Shown here in pieces: positions 11,279-21,697 of a stretch of 64,000 nt of DNA. Numbering within the stretch: position 1 is the stretch's first letter; each line of letters begins with the position of its first letter. This DNA comes from an uncultured delta proteobacterium (GTDB lineage: Bacteria; Desulfobacterota; Binatia; UBA9968), in NCBI GenBank assembly GCA_963755715.1, contig CAVWLW010000027.1:224001-288000 (forward strand), read 5' to 3'. A program made the position numbers and the translations under genes. The notes under the pieces were generated by a model. That model had not been told where the DNA came from. It searched no databases and saw only the letters and a program-made list of their open reading frames with translations.

Positions 11279-12233
11279 ATGGCGTTGAAATTGTCCATGA
11301 CCTGCGGTCCTTACGACCGCGCCCGCGCACTGATCGACGGCACGGTGAAACCGCCAGGCATCGATCTCGAGGTTCGCGTCAACAAAAGTCCGGGCCGGCA
11401 TACCAAGATCGACGGCAAGGAATTCGATGCCGCCGAGTTCTATACCGCTACGTACATCGCCGACCTGCACTATAAAACGCTTGGCTACACGGCGATTCCC
11501 ATTTTCGTCAAACGGATGTTTCGCCACTCGTATATCTATATCAACAAGCGCGCGGATATCCGTTCGCCTGGCGATTTGAACGGCAAGCGCATCGGCGTGC
11601 AGAACTGGCTGACGACCACCGCCGTTTGGGCCAGAGGACTGCTCGAAGACGAATACGGCCTCGATCCAAAGTCGGTGACCTGGATAGCCGATCGCGTATC
11701 CGGCGTCGGCGATTGGAAGCCGCCCGCCTGGTTGAAAATAGAGATTGTTCCGAAAGAGCAAAAACAATTTAACTTGCTGGCGAACGGCGTTATCGACGCG
11801 GCGATCACCACGGGAACCTGGGCGCCGAACGTTCACCCCGAAATCGACTTCCTTTTTCCCAACTACGCCGCGCTGGAACGCGATTATTTCAAGCGCACCG
11901 GTTTTTTCCCGATCATGCACACCCTATTGATAAAAACCTCCGTGCTGGAAAAAGATCCGTGGGTCGCTATGAGCATGTACGATGCCTGGCAAGAGTCCAA
12001 AAGAAAATGCTACGAATGGCTTGAATGGCAGCGCGTTCATCAGACGGGACTGTGGTACCGCGCGTTGTGGGAAGAAGAGCAGGCGACCGCGGGTCAGGAT
12101 CCGTACCTCTGGGGATTTCAGGAGCACGCAGCCCGAAGTGGACAAGCTGCTGGAATACTGCCACCGCCAGGGCCTTACGACGCGCAAGTTCGAGCCGGAA
12201 GAAATGTTTCATCCGAGTACTCTGGAGACGTAG
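11279..12233 (+). CDS. 4,5-dihydroxyphthalate decarboxylase (PhtD)-like protein; frameshift near 12120
   Basis: CGPYDRARALIDGTV, AIPIFVKRMFRHS, DLNGKRIGV, TGFFPIMH, DPYLWG, EYCHRQGL; no signal peptide. Confidence 0.75.
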
Positions 12234-12243
12234 CTGAAAAGAC

Positions 12244-12354
12244 AAATCTACCCTAGCCCCTCTTTTTCAAAGAGGGGCATGCTATTGAGCTATCGTCGTC
12301 AAAGGAGCGCATTAAACATCCCCCTTTGGCTAAAGGGGGAAAGAGGGGGATTTT
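12244..12354. repeat. Second REP/BIME-like palindrome pair, same family as 9171-9273
   Basis: CCCTAGCCCCTCTTTTTCAAAGAGGGG and CCCCTTTGGCTAAAGGGGGAAAGAGGGGGATTTT. Confidence 0.8.
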
Positions 12355-12386
12355 AGATTTTGTAAAAAGCTGAATCACGAGGAGCT

Positions 12387-13331
12387 ATGCCATTAATCAA
12401 AATTATCTCCACCGGTGGCACCATCGCCAATACTGGCCACGGCCTGATCGGTATCGATGAAGTGCTCAAAGACATCCCGCAAGCGCGGGCTATGGCGGAT
12501 TTCGAAATCATCGAGGCGACGCGCGTAAGAAGTGGTCAAATGCGGCTGGCTCAATGGTTCGACGTCGCCCGTGCCGCTAGCGCCGCGGCGGAAGACCCGC
12601 GCGTCGACGGCATCATCGTCACGCATGGAACCTTTACCACGGAAGAAACCGCTTACTTTCTTCACTTGGTTGTGCGTACCGAGAAGCCGATCGTGGTCGT
12701 CGCATCGCAGCGCAAGCACGACGAAGTCGGCAACGACGGCGATCGCAATATGCTCGACGCGATTCGCTTGGCGCTCTCGCCGGAAGCGCGCGGCAAAGGC
12801 GTTTTGGTCACGCTGCACGAAGAAATTCATTCGGCGCGCGAAGTCGTTAAGACGAACCAGCGTCCAGGCGGATTTCATTCTTTAGGACGCGGCATCCTCG
12901 GCCATATCGAAGATGATCAAGTCAGTTTTTATTACGCGCCGATCCGCCGCCATACATTTCGCTCCGAGTTCGATATCCGCGAGATCCGCGAGTTGCCGCG
13001 CGTCGACGTGATCGCGGCTTATGTCGGCGGCGACGACACCGCGGCGCAGGCCTGTGTGGCCGCCGGAGCCCAAGGACTCGTGATCAGCGGCTATGCCTAC
13101 AACGGCCGTCCCTCCGCTGACCAGCTCGCAGGAATAGAGAAAATCGCTGCATCGGGGGTTCCAGTCGTCTTGTCCAATCGCGGCGGCCAAGGACGGATTC
13201 CTGTGAATTGGGAAGATCCATTCATCCAGGGAGATAGTTTGGTGCCGCACAAAGCGCGCATCCTGCTGATGCTCGGCCTAACGAAAACCAAAGACCCGCG
13301 CGAACTGCAGCGGATGTTCAATGAATATTGA
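12387..13331 (+). CDS. Asparaginase/glutaminase-family protein (cytoplasmic, atypical active site)
   Basis: STGGTIA, VTHGTFTTEETAYFL, SAREVVKT, PHKARILLMLGL; GAGGAG RBS. Confidence 0.85.
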   Translation: MPLIKIISTGGTIANTGHGLIGIDEVLKDIPQARAMADFEIIEATRVRSGQMRLAQWFDVARAASAAAEDPRVDGIIVTHGTFTTEETAYFLHLVVRTEKPIVVVASQRKHDEVGNDGDRNMLDAIRLALSPEARGKGVLVTLHEEIHSAREVVKTNQRPGGFHSLGRGILGHIEDDQVSFYYAPIRRHTFRSEFDIREIRELPRVDVIAAYVGGDDTAAQACVAAGAQGLVISGYAYNGRPSADQLAGIEKIAASGVPVVLSNRGGQGRIPVNWEDPFIQGDSLVPHKARILLMLGLTKTKDPRELQRMFNEY

Positions 13332-13360
13332 CAGCAGCAGCATGGCCACGATTCCACTAT

Positions 13361-13390
13361 TTTTTAATTTTCAATTTTCCATTTTCCATT
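13361..13390. repeat. Heptamer tandem repeat (TTTTCAA/TTTTCCA x4)
   Basis: TTTTTAA TTTTCAA TTTTCCA TTTTCCA; related array at 18497-18527. Confidence 0.65.
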
Positions 13391-13397
13391 AAAATTT

Positions 13398-15381
13398 ATG
13401 ATCACCCGTCTCGTTGTTCAAAGAAGAGAGCCGTTTGCCGACGGCCACGAATTTCCCATCACCGGAGCCTACGAAAAACTCGTCGGCAAAGTTTACGGCG
13501 AGGTCGATCCGAGAAACCGGCTCAATAGAATCATCGTCAATCTCGATAGGGCGCCGCGCAATCGTCGCGGACGAGTCGAGTACCGCAGTGACTTTTTTAT
13601 TTTGAAACCAGCGGACATGGCGCGCGGCAATGGAAAAATATTTCTCGATGCGCCCAACCGCGGCAGCAAACGTCTGCTTAGCTTTCTCAACGATGCGCCG
13701 GCGACGAACGATCCGAGTGCCGTCGCCGATGCCGGTAACGGCTTTCTTATGCGCCAGGGTTACACGATCGTCTGGTGCGGCTGGCAAGGCGATCTAATGC
13801 CGATCAAGAACTGGCTCGTGCTCGACGTTCCGGTCGCGACGAACCGTGGCAAACCGATCGTGAGCAAAGTCCGCACTGAAATCGTGGTCGATGAAAAAAA
13901 TGTCAAATCACAGCCGCTCAGCGCCGACGAGCGGGTGAAAAGCTATGAAGCCGCTTCACGCGGATAAGTCACAAGCAACGCTCACCGTGCGCGAGAAATC
14001 CTACGGCAAAAGAATCCCCGTGCCGGAGACAAACTGGGAATTCGCCGCTTCGTCAAAAGACCCAAGCACCGGTAAAGAAACCATCAAACCAAGCTCCAAA
14101 GATCTTTACCTGCACGAGGGATTCAAACCCGGCCACATCTATGAATTCATCTACCCGGCGAAAAATCCTCTTGTGCTGGGCTTGGGCTTCGCCGTCACGC
14201 GCGATCTGATTTCTTTCCTACGCTACGAATCGAAAGATGCCATCGGCAAACCTAATCCTTTAGCGTCAAGCAAGAAGTCGACCGGCATCGATCACGCTTA
14301 CGCTTGGGGACGCTCGCAGAGTGGGCGTTATCTTCGAGACTTCGTCTATCACGGCTTCAACGAGGACGAATCGCACCGAAAAGTTTTCGACGCCATCGCG
14401 CCCCATGTCGCGGGCGGCGGCCGCCTGTATTTGAACTACGAGTTCGCCCGCCCGGTTACCTCTTCGCAGCAGCACACCAATCAGCTCGATCCCGAGCTCT
14501 TTCCGCACGCTTACAACGTCATCAAAGATGCTCAGACGGGCCGGCGCGATGGAATTCTTAAACGGCCGAGAACCGATCCGCTGGTTTTCCACACGCAAAC
14601 TTCGACGGAGTACTGGCAGAAGCGTGGCTGTCTCGCGCACACCGACGGCAAAGGAAACGATCTGCGCATTCCCAACAACGTGCGCATCTACGTGATCGCC
14701 AGCGCGCAGCACAACAGCCCATTCGGCTCGGAGCCAGTGAAGGACGGCACCCAGCAGCGAATCAATCCGTTGCCGGCGGGCGATGTGCTGCGGGCGTTGA
14801 TGGTTGCGATGGATCTTTGGGTGACTAAGGGCATTTCACCGCCGCCGAGCCGCTACCCGACCGCACGGGATCGCACGCTCGTCTCGCCGAAGCGCAACAA
14901 TTTTCCTAAAATTCCCGACGTGCGCTTCGCGGCGCTGCACAACCGTCAGCTTTTTCTCGACTACGGCCCGCACATTCGCCACGGCAAAATGAAGATCCAT
15001 CCGCCGCAATCGGTCAATAAAGGCGAGTATCATATTCTCGTGCCGAAGGTTGATGAGGACGGGAACGACGTCGCCGGCATTCGCCTGCCGGCTGTCCAAG
15101 TGCCGGTCGGGACGTTTACCGGGTGGAATCTCCGGCCGCGCGGCCTGGCCGAAGGCGAATTGGCGGGCTTGCTTGGGTCCTTTATCCCTTTTGCAAAAAC
15201 AAAGGCGCAACGGCGACGCACCCGCGATCCACGGCCATCCATCCAAGAACGCTACAAAAACCGCGACGACTACGTTCGGCAATTCAGCCGCGCCGCGCGG
15301 CGGCTCGTCGAGCAACGCTACCTATTGGCGGAAGACGCAGAGCGAATGATTGCGGAAGCAAAAAAACGCCGTGTACCGTAA
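13398..15381 (+). CDS. Large alpha/beta hydrolase-domain protein (Abhydrolase_10-like), no signal peptide; frameshift near 13960
   Basis: GAYEKLVG, PNRG, GWQGD, GLGFAVTRDLISFLR, GRSQSGRYL nucleophile elbow, VPKVDEDGN..AGIRLP, GWN. Confidence 0.78.
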
Positions 15382-15411
15382 CCGTAACCGGAAACACGAA
15401 TTGGAGGTTGT

Positions 15412-17428
15412 ATGCTATTCGTCTTCTTGGTCGTAGTCGTCCTACTCCCCATGCCTTCCTTCGCCGAGATTACCAAGATCGTTATCGACAAACGCGAGCC
15501 GTTCGCTGCCGGCCATGAATTCGGCGTCACCGGCGCCTACGAGAAACTCATCGGTAAAGCCTACGGCGAAGTCGATCCCAAAAAACACCACAACAAGAAC
15601 ATCATCAATCTGAAAAACGCGCCACTCAATAACCGAGGTCGAGTCGAATATTCCATGGACATGTTGATCCTCAAACCAATCGACATGCAACGCGGCAATC
15701 AGACAATTTTCTACGACGTCGTGAATCGCGGCAATCAAGCCTTGCGCGTGAACTTCGGCGCCGAGCGCAGCAATAATCCGACAACCCTCGCGCACGCCGG
15801 CGACGGTTTCATGATGCGTCAAGGCTATACCCTGGTGTGGAGCGGTTGGCAGGGCGACGTTCTTCCTGTTGGAGGTCGTCTCACGACAAGCTTTCCAGTG
15901 GCGAAGAATCCGGATGGCAGCCCGATCAAACGCACGATTACCACCGAGTTTGTTTTTCAGAAACCAAGCTTTTCGGTGCCGCTCAGTTTCGACCGGGAAT
16001 CGCTGGACGTGAAGCCCTATCCGGCCGTAGAAGAAAGCATGTCGAAAGCGCGACTTTACCGCCGCGCTGGAACTCACGCGCAGCGCGAGCTCGTCTCCGC
16101 CGATGAGTGGTCGTTCGCGCGTTGCCCGGACGGCAAGACAAAGACCGCAAGCAATGCCGATATTTGCCTGGCGGCCGGCTTTTCGCCGAATTTCATTTAC
16201 GAATTGACCTACGAAGCGCGTGATCCGATAGTCATGGGCTTGGGCTTTGCCGCCACGCGCGATCTGATTTCTTTTCTGCGCTACAACGCGAGCGACGCCA
16301 ATCCTTTGGTCGACAAAGAAATGAAAACGCCCCGTTGGGTCATCGGTTTCGGCTCATCCCAGAGCGGGCGCTTCCTCAAGGATCTTATCTATCAAGGTTT
16401 CAATCAGGACGAAGCCGGCAGGATCGTCTTCGACGGCGCGATTCCGCACATCTCGGCGTCACGCCGGACGTTTACCAATTATGAGTTCGCCATGCCCGGC
16501 CGCTTTTCAACCGGATTGGAAGGTCACTTCATTCCCGGAGATGAGTTTCCCATTTACCTATGAAACCCTCACCGATCCGATCAGCAAGAAAACCGACGGT
16601 TGGCTGATGCGTTGTCGGCAACAGAAAGCTTGTCCCAAGATCATGCATTGGGATTCCGGCACGGAATCTTGGCAAGGGCGAAACTCGCTGGTCGTCGGCG
16701 ATCCGCTGGCAAAAAAAGACGTGCCGATACCGGACAACGTGCGGCTCTATTATTTCTCAAGCACGCAGCACGGTCCGACGGACAAACCCGACCGCGGCAT
16801 GTGTCAGCAACTGACCAATCCGCTTTCTTACATGGAAACTCAGCGCGCCTTGATCGTTGCCTTGCACGCATGGGTCAGCAAAGACGTTCCGCCGCCGCCC
16901 ACGCGCTATCCACGAATTTCCGACGGAACGCTGGTATCGCCGCAGCAGACTGTCCAAGGCTTTCCCAATGTTCCGGGAGTGCGCTATCTTGGCCGACCCA
17001 ACGATCTGTCGATCAATGATGGCACCATTCAGCCGGCCAACCATGTCAAAGGCAAGGAATATCCGCTGCTCGTTCCCAAAGTCGACAAAGACGGCAACGA
17101 GATCGCCGGCGTCCGCGCGGTCGCTCTGCAAGTGCCGCTTGCGACCCATGCCGGATGGAACCTGCGTGCCAAAGGATTTATCGAAGACGAACTTTGCTAT
17201 TTGAACGGCCAGTATATCCCCTTTGCGAAAACCAAGGAGGAACGAGAGAAGACCGGCGACCCGCGCTTGTCCATCGAAGAACGCTACAAAGATCAAGCCG
17301 ACTATGTAGAGCGCATCAGCCACGCCGCGCGTGCGTTGGTAGAGGAAAGATTTTTACTTCAGGAAGACGCGGAGCGGTTAATTGCCGATGCCGCAAAGAA
17401 TAAAATCTTCGCGGAGAAAAATCCTTAG
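15412..17428 (+). CDS. Large alpha/beta hydrolase-domain protein (Abhydrolase_10-like), signal peptide; frameshift near 16550
   Basis: Paralog of 13398-15381; GSSQSGRFL, VPKVDKDGNEIAGVR, DPRLSIEERY; GGAGG RBS. Confidence 0.78.
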
Positions 17429-17486
17429 CTGTAACGACAGGCGTGAGCGGCGGTAATTGTTTGCGGCGTGGGCCTAGCGCCCACGT

Positions 17487-18527
17487 CTATTTCTGCTCAT
17501 AAAGTTTCTTGATAAAACCGTTTTTGTCCAGCTCGGCGATAAAGCTCGGATCGACAAACTCTTCGGGCTTATGCGCGCGGATGTCCGGCCGGGTTTGCGC
17601 GACATAATCGTAGGTCGGTTCCAGTCCTTTGGTGATCGGATAGGGCGCAGCGATAAAATCCTGCTTGAAAATATTGTACGAGCCTTCCAGAAACTCCGGG
17701 TCGGTGGTTCTTACGTACTTGGTCAGGACTTTCAACGCGAACTCTTTATTTTGTTTGTGAAACGCGATGCCTTCGACGTGGGAACGCACGAACCGCATCA
17801 CGGTATCGCGATCCTCACGAATGGTTTTGCGCCGAGTGACGACCGACGTGGTCGGAAAGGTGATTTCTTTTCTGGCGTCGATCAGCACACGGTAGCCCTT
17901 GCGCTCCGCCTGCACGTCGGCCGGATAGGTAACGTCGGCGCCGTCGATGGCGCCGGTGAGCAACGCCTGGAGTCGCTCGGCGTTGGTGCCGATGGAAAGC
18001 CAGGTAATCTCGCGGTCCGGATTGACGCCGTATTTGCGCAGCGCGTAGCGGAACAAAAAATCGCCGAGCGAGCCGATGCTCGAAGTCGCAATCTTCTTGC
18101 CGCGCAGATCTTCCGGCTTCTTGATCTCCGGCCTTACCAGCAATTTGCTGCTCGCCATCGCTATCGTGTGGGCGACATTGACCAAGTCAGCGCCGTTTAG
18201 ATCCGCGAGCATGACTTGCGGCAGCGCCACCGGCGCCGCGAAGAGGCTGCCGCCGAGCAGCGCCTGCGAACTTTGGCCCGATCCGCGCAGCAAAACGATT
18301 TCGACATCGAGCCCGTTTTTCTCGTAAATCTTCGCATCCTTGGCGATCCAAGGAATCCACATGGCCGCCGACAGCGCAGTCATCCCCCAGTTAATTTTCT
18401 TCAGCGGCCGATCCTGGGCGCGATTCACTGCCGGCAGCAGAAGCAAAGCGATAAATGCGAGCAAAATACATCGCTGTGTCCGGTGCAGAATCATCAAATT
18501 ATCAATTGTCAATTTTCCATTATTCAT
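17487..18527 (-). CDS. ABC substrate-binding protein, NMT1/SsuA family
   Basis: WIAKDAKIYEKNGLDVE, DLRGKKIA, FVDPSFIAELDKNGFI. Confidence 0.85.
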   Translation of the reverse strand: MNNGKLTIDNLMILHRTQRCILLAFIALLLLPAVNRAQDRPLKKINWGMTALSAAMWIPWIAKDAKIYEKNGLDVEIVLLRGSGQSSQALLGGSLFAAPVALPQVMLADLNGADLVNVAHTIAMASSKLLVRPEIKKPEDLRGKKIATSSIGSLGDFLFRYALRKYGVNPDREITWLSIGTNAERLQALLTGAIDGADVTYPADVQAERKGYRVLIDARKEITFPTTSVVTRRKTIREDRDTVMRFVRSHVEGIAFHKQNKEFALKVLTKYVRTTDPEFLEGSYNIFKQDFIAAPYPITKGLEPTYDYVAQTRPDIRAHKPEEFVDPSFIAELDKNGFIKKLYEQK

Positions 18528-19528
18528 TTCGATTCGTAGAGCTTCTTGATAAACCCACTCTTCTCCAACTCTGCGATGAAACTCGGGTCGACAAACTCTT
18601 CGGGTTTACGATTGCGGATTTCCGGCCTGCGTTTGCGCGACGTAGTCGTAAGTCGCTTCCAGGCCTTTCGTGATCGGGTACGGCACGGAGATGAAATCCT
18701 GCCTGTAGGTCTCATAAGAGTTTTCCAGGTTTCCCGGTCAGTGATCTTCAATTGCTTGCTCAGAACTTGAATACTGAACTCCTTATTGTTCTTAAAGTAA
18801 GCGATGCCTTCCACGTGCGCTTTGACCATTCGCATCACCGTGTCGCGGTCTTCGACGATGTTTTTTCTCCGCGTCACTATCGACATCGACGGGTAGATCA
18901 CTTCCTTCCTGGCGTCGAATAGAACTCGGAAGCCTTTGCGCTCCCCTTGCAGATCGAAGGGATAAGACGCCTCGGTCGCGTCCACCACGCCGGAAATCAA
19001 GGCTTGCAAGCGTTCCGGCGGAGTGCCGATGGAAAGCCAAGTGATTTCCCGGTTCGGGTCCACGCCGTTTTTGCGCAAGATATATTTGAACAGAAAATCC
19101 CCCAGGGATCCCAGGCTTGATGTCGCGATCCGCTTGCCGCGGAGATCTTCCGCTCTCTTGATCTCTGGCTTGACCAGCATCTTGGTTTGCACGCCGGGTA
19201 CGGTGTGCGCCACGTTGATCAGATCGGCGCCGCTCAGGTCCGCCATCATCATCGTCGGCAGCGCCACCGGCGAAGCGAAAATACTACCGCCCAGAAGCGC
19301 CGCTGAAGTTTGCCCTGAGCCGCGCAAAAGAATCAGCTCGACGTCGAGTCCGTGTTTTTCGTAGATCTTGGCTTCCTTCGCGATCCAGGGGATCCAATTT
19401 CCGCCAGAGAGCGAAGTTACGCCCCAATTGATCTTTTTGAGAGGTCGATCCTGTGCGGCGCTCGTCGAATGAATTGAAAGGAGGAAGAGTGATAATGCAG
19501 CGACCCGGAAGCGCGGGAGTAATCTCAT
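18524..19528 (-). CDS. ABC substrate-binding protein, NMT1/SsuA family; compensating frameshifts ~18730-18640
   Basis: Close paralog of both neighbours; scrambled ~30-residue stretch between two indels. Confidence 0.85.
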   Translation of the reverse strand: MRLLPRFRVAALSLFLLSIHSTSAAQDRPLKKINWGVTSLSGGNWIPWIAKEAKIYEKHGLDVELILLRGSGQTSAALLGGSIFASPVALPTMMMADLSGADLINVAHTVPGVQTKMLVKPEIKRAEDLRGKRIATSSLGSLGDFLFKYILRKNGVDPNREITWLSIGTPPERLQALISGVVDATEASYPFDLQGERKGFRVLFDARKEVIYPSMSIVTRRKNIVEDRDTVMRMVKAHVEGIAYFKNNKEFSIQVLSKQLKITDRETWKTLMRPTGRISSPCRTRSRKAWKRLTTTSRKRRPEIRNRKPEEFVDPSFIAELEKSGFIKKLYESK

Positions 19529-19585
19529 GACGAGTGTCCTCCGCCGGTTTTTCTGATGCCTGTTGCCACTGCTGATGCCTTCTTA

Positions 19586-20601
19586 TTACTTTTGCCCGTA
19601 AAGCTTCTTGATAAAGCCGCCTTTGTCCAGCTCTGAGATAAAGCTTGGATCGACGAATTCTTCGGCTTTATGCTGGTAGATTTCCGGGCGGCGCTGCGCG
19701 ACGTACTCGTAGGTTGTTTGCAGTCCCTGGGTGATCGGATAGGGCGTACGGCGATGAAGTCTTCTTTATAAATTTCGTAAGAACCTTCCAGGAGCTCTTT
19801 ATCATTGGTGCGCAGATATTTCGCGAGTATCTTCAGGCTGGCTTCCTTCTGCGTCTTTAGAAAATGGATGCCCTCCACGTGCGCGCGCATCATCCGCATC
19901 ACCGTGTCGTGGTCCTCCTGAATGGTCTTTTTGCGCGTCACCACCGACATGGAAGGATACGGCACTTCGATGCGCGCATCCCACAGTACCCGGTAGCCTT
20001 TTTTCTCGGCTTGAACATCGAATGGATAAGAAAGGTCTGCCGCATCGACGAGCTTGGCCTCCAGCGCCTGTACCCGATCGGGCGGCGCTCCGATGGTAAG
20101 CCAAGTTACGTCACGCTCCGGATTGAGACCGTACCTTTTCATCACCACGCGGTGAAGAAAATCACCCAACGAACCCAGACCCGAGCTAGCCAATCTTTTA
20201 CCCTTGATGTCTTCCGGTCTCTTGAGCTCAGGTCGCGCCATGACTTTGCTCTGAACCGCTTTGACAGTGTGAGCGATGGTGGTGAGGTCCGCGCCGGCGA
20301 GGTTCGCCGTCATGACCGTTGCCGTCGTCACCGGCGCGGCAAAAATGCTCCCCGCGACGAGCGCTTTTGAAGTGTCCCCCGAACCGCCGCGCAGGTAAAC
20401 AATGTCAACATCAAGGCCGTATTTCTCATAGAGCTTCGCATCTTTGGCGATCCAAGGAATCCATTGAGACGAGGATATCGATGTCTGCCCCCAGATAATT
20501 TTCTTGAGTCCCTTGTCTTGCGCCTGAACCAACGTCGCGAACGCCGCAATCGAAATCAGGAACGCCGGATAGAATGATTTTCGCTTGAATGCCGAACTCA
20601 T
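19586..20601 (-). CDS. ABC substrate-binding protein, NMT1/SsuA family; frameshift near 19750
   Basis: Paralog C-terminus FVDPSFISELDKGGFIKKLYGQK* lies in the alternative frame, stop at 19586. Confidence 0.85.
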
Positions 20602-20653
20602 GATTTAACTTCTCCCGTTCCACATGCCTTATCTCTGTTGCCGCGCGCGGTTT

Positions 20654-21697
20654 TCACCGCCGAATCGCAAACTGTTTGGTGAAACCGCTGTCCTCAATTT
20701 TCTTTAAATAACTGTGATCGTAGAACTCTTCAGGATTCGCCGTTGCGGCCTTGGGCTGGCCAGGGGCCAAAAACTGCAAGACCGTCTTAACACCGGCGAC
20801 GCTGGCGTAAGGCATCACCGGCATAAGCTCGACGTAATAATCATATCCTTCTTCGGCCCGCGCCCGATCGTTCATCTTCATGAACTTCATGATGCCCGCG
20901 ACGGTTTTTTCCTTTTGCGTGCGAAAGAAATGGAGCGACTCGATATAGCCCTTGAGAAAGTTCTCGACCAGCAACGAGTGACTTTTGATATATCCCGCCA
21001 TCCCTGCTATCGACGAGCCGGCGTACTCGATATCGGATTTCCGCAGGTCGATCAGCTCGCGAAAGCCTAATTGCTTCGCGATTCCGCTGAACGGCGGCGT
21101 CAGAGCGGTCGCGACGACCGAGCCGCGCTGTAGCGCGTTCATGCGCCCCTGCTGGCTCTCTCCGACGGAAATGAAGATAACATCCTTGCCCGGTTCCAAT
21201 CCCCATTTGCGCAGAATTAAACGCAATGCGCTGTCGGCCGACGCGCCGGGCCGCGTCCCGGTTACAATTTTTCCCTTCAAGTCTTGCGGAGTTTTGATAT
21301 CGGGAGACGTCATAATGCTGTACTCAAGCTTGCTCGACTGCACGGTAAGCATCGTAATATCCATCCCGCCGAGCCGCGCGCTGATCGTCGCCGTTGACCC
21401 GGCGGAAAGAAATTGCACGGAATTGGAAGTTACCGCCGCCAGCGAGTTCATCCCGCCGCCCATGTAAATCGGTTCGAGATCGACCCCGTACTTGGCGAAA
21501 ATTCCAAACTGATGTCCGATCGGAATCACGCTGGTATTGACCGATATCGATCCCAACGCGACGCGGATTTTCTCCCGCGTCTGCGCCGCACCTATCTGAG
21601 CCAGAAGTAAAAAAAAGATTGTCAGTGAGAGCCTAAACCGAATCACAATTTGGATCCTTCCTATCTTAAACTGTTGCCTGATGCCTATGCGGGTCAT
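20654..21697 (-). CDS. ABC substrate-binding protein, NMT1/SsuA family
   Basis: [42 protein letters not shown]; overlaps acs stop. Confidence 0.85.
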   Translation of the reverse strand: MTRIGIRQQFKIGRIQIVIRFRLSLTIFFLLLAQIGAAQTREKIRVALGSISVNTSVIPIGHQFGIFAKYGVDLEPIYMGGGMNSLAAVTSNSVQFLSAGSTATISARLGGMDITMLTVQSSKLEYSIMTSPDIKTPQDLKGKIVTGTRPGASADSALRLILRKWGLEPGKDVIFISVGESQQGRMNALQRGSVVATALTPPFSGIAKQLGFRELIDLRKSDIEYAGSSIAGMAGYIKSHSLLVENFLKGYIESLHFFRTQKEKTVAGIMKFMKMNDRARAEEGYDYYVELMPVMPYASVAGVKTVLQFLAPGQPKAATANPEEFYDHSYLKKIEDSGFTKQFAIRR

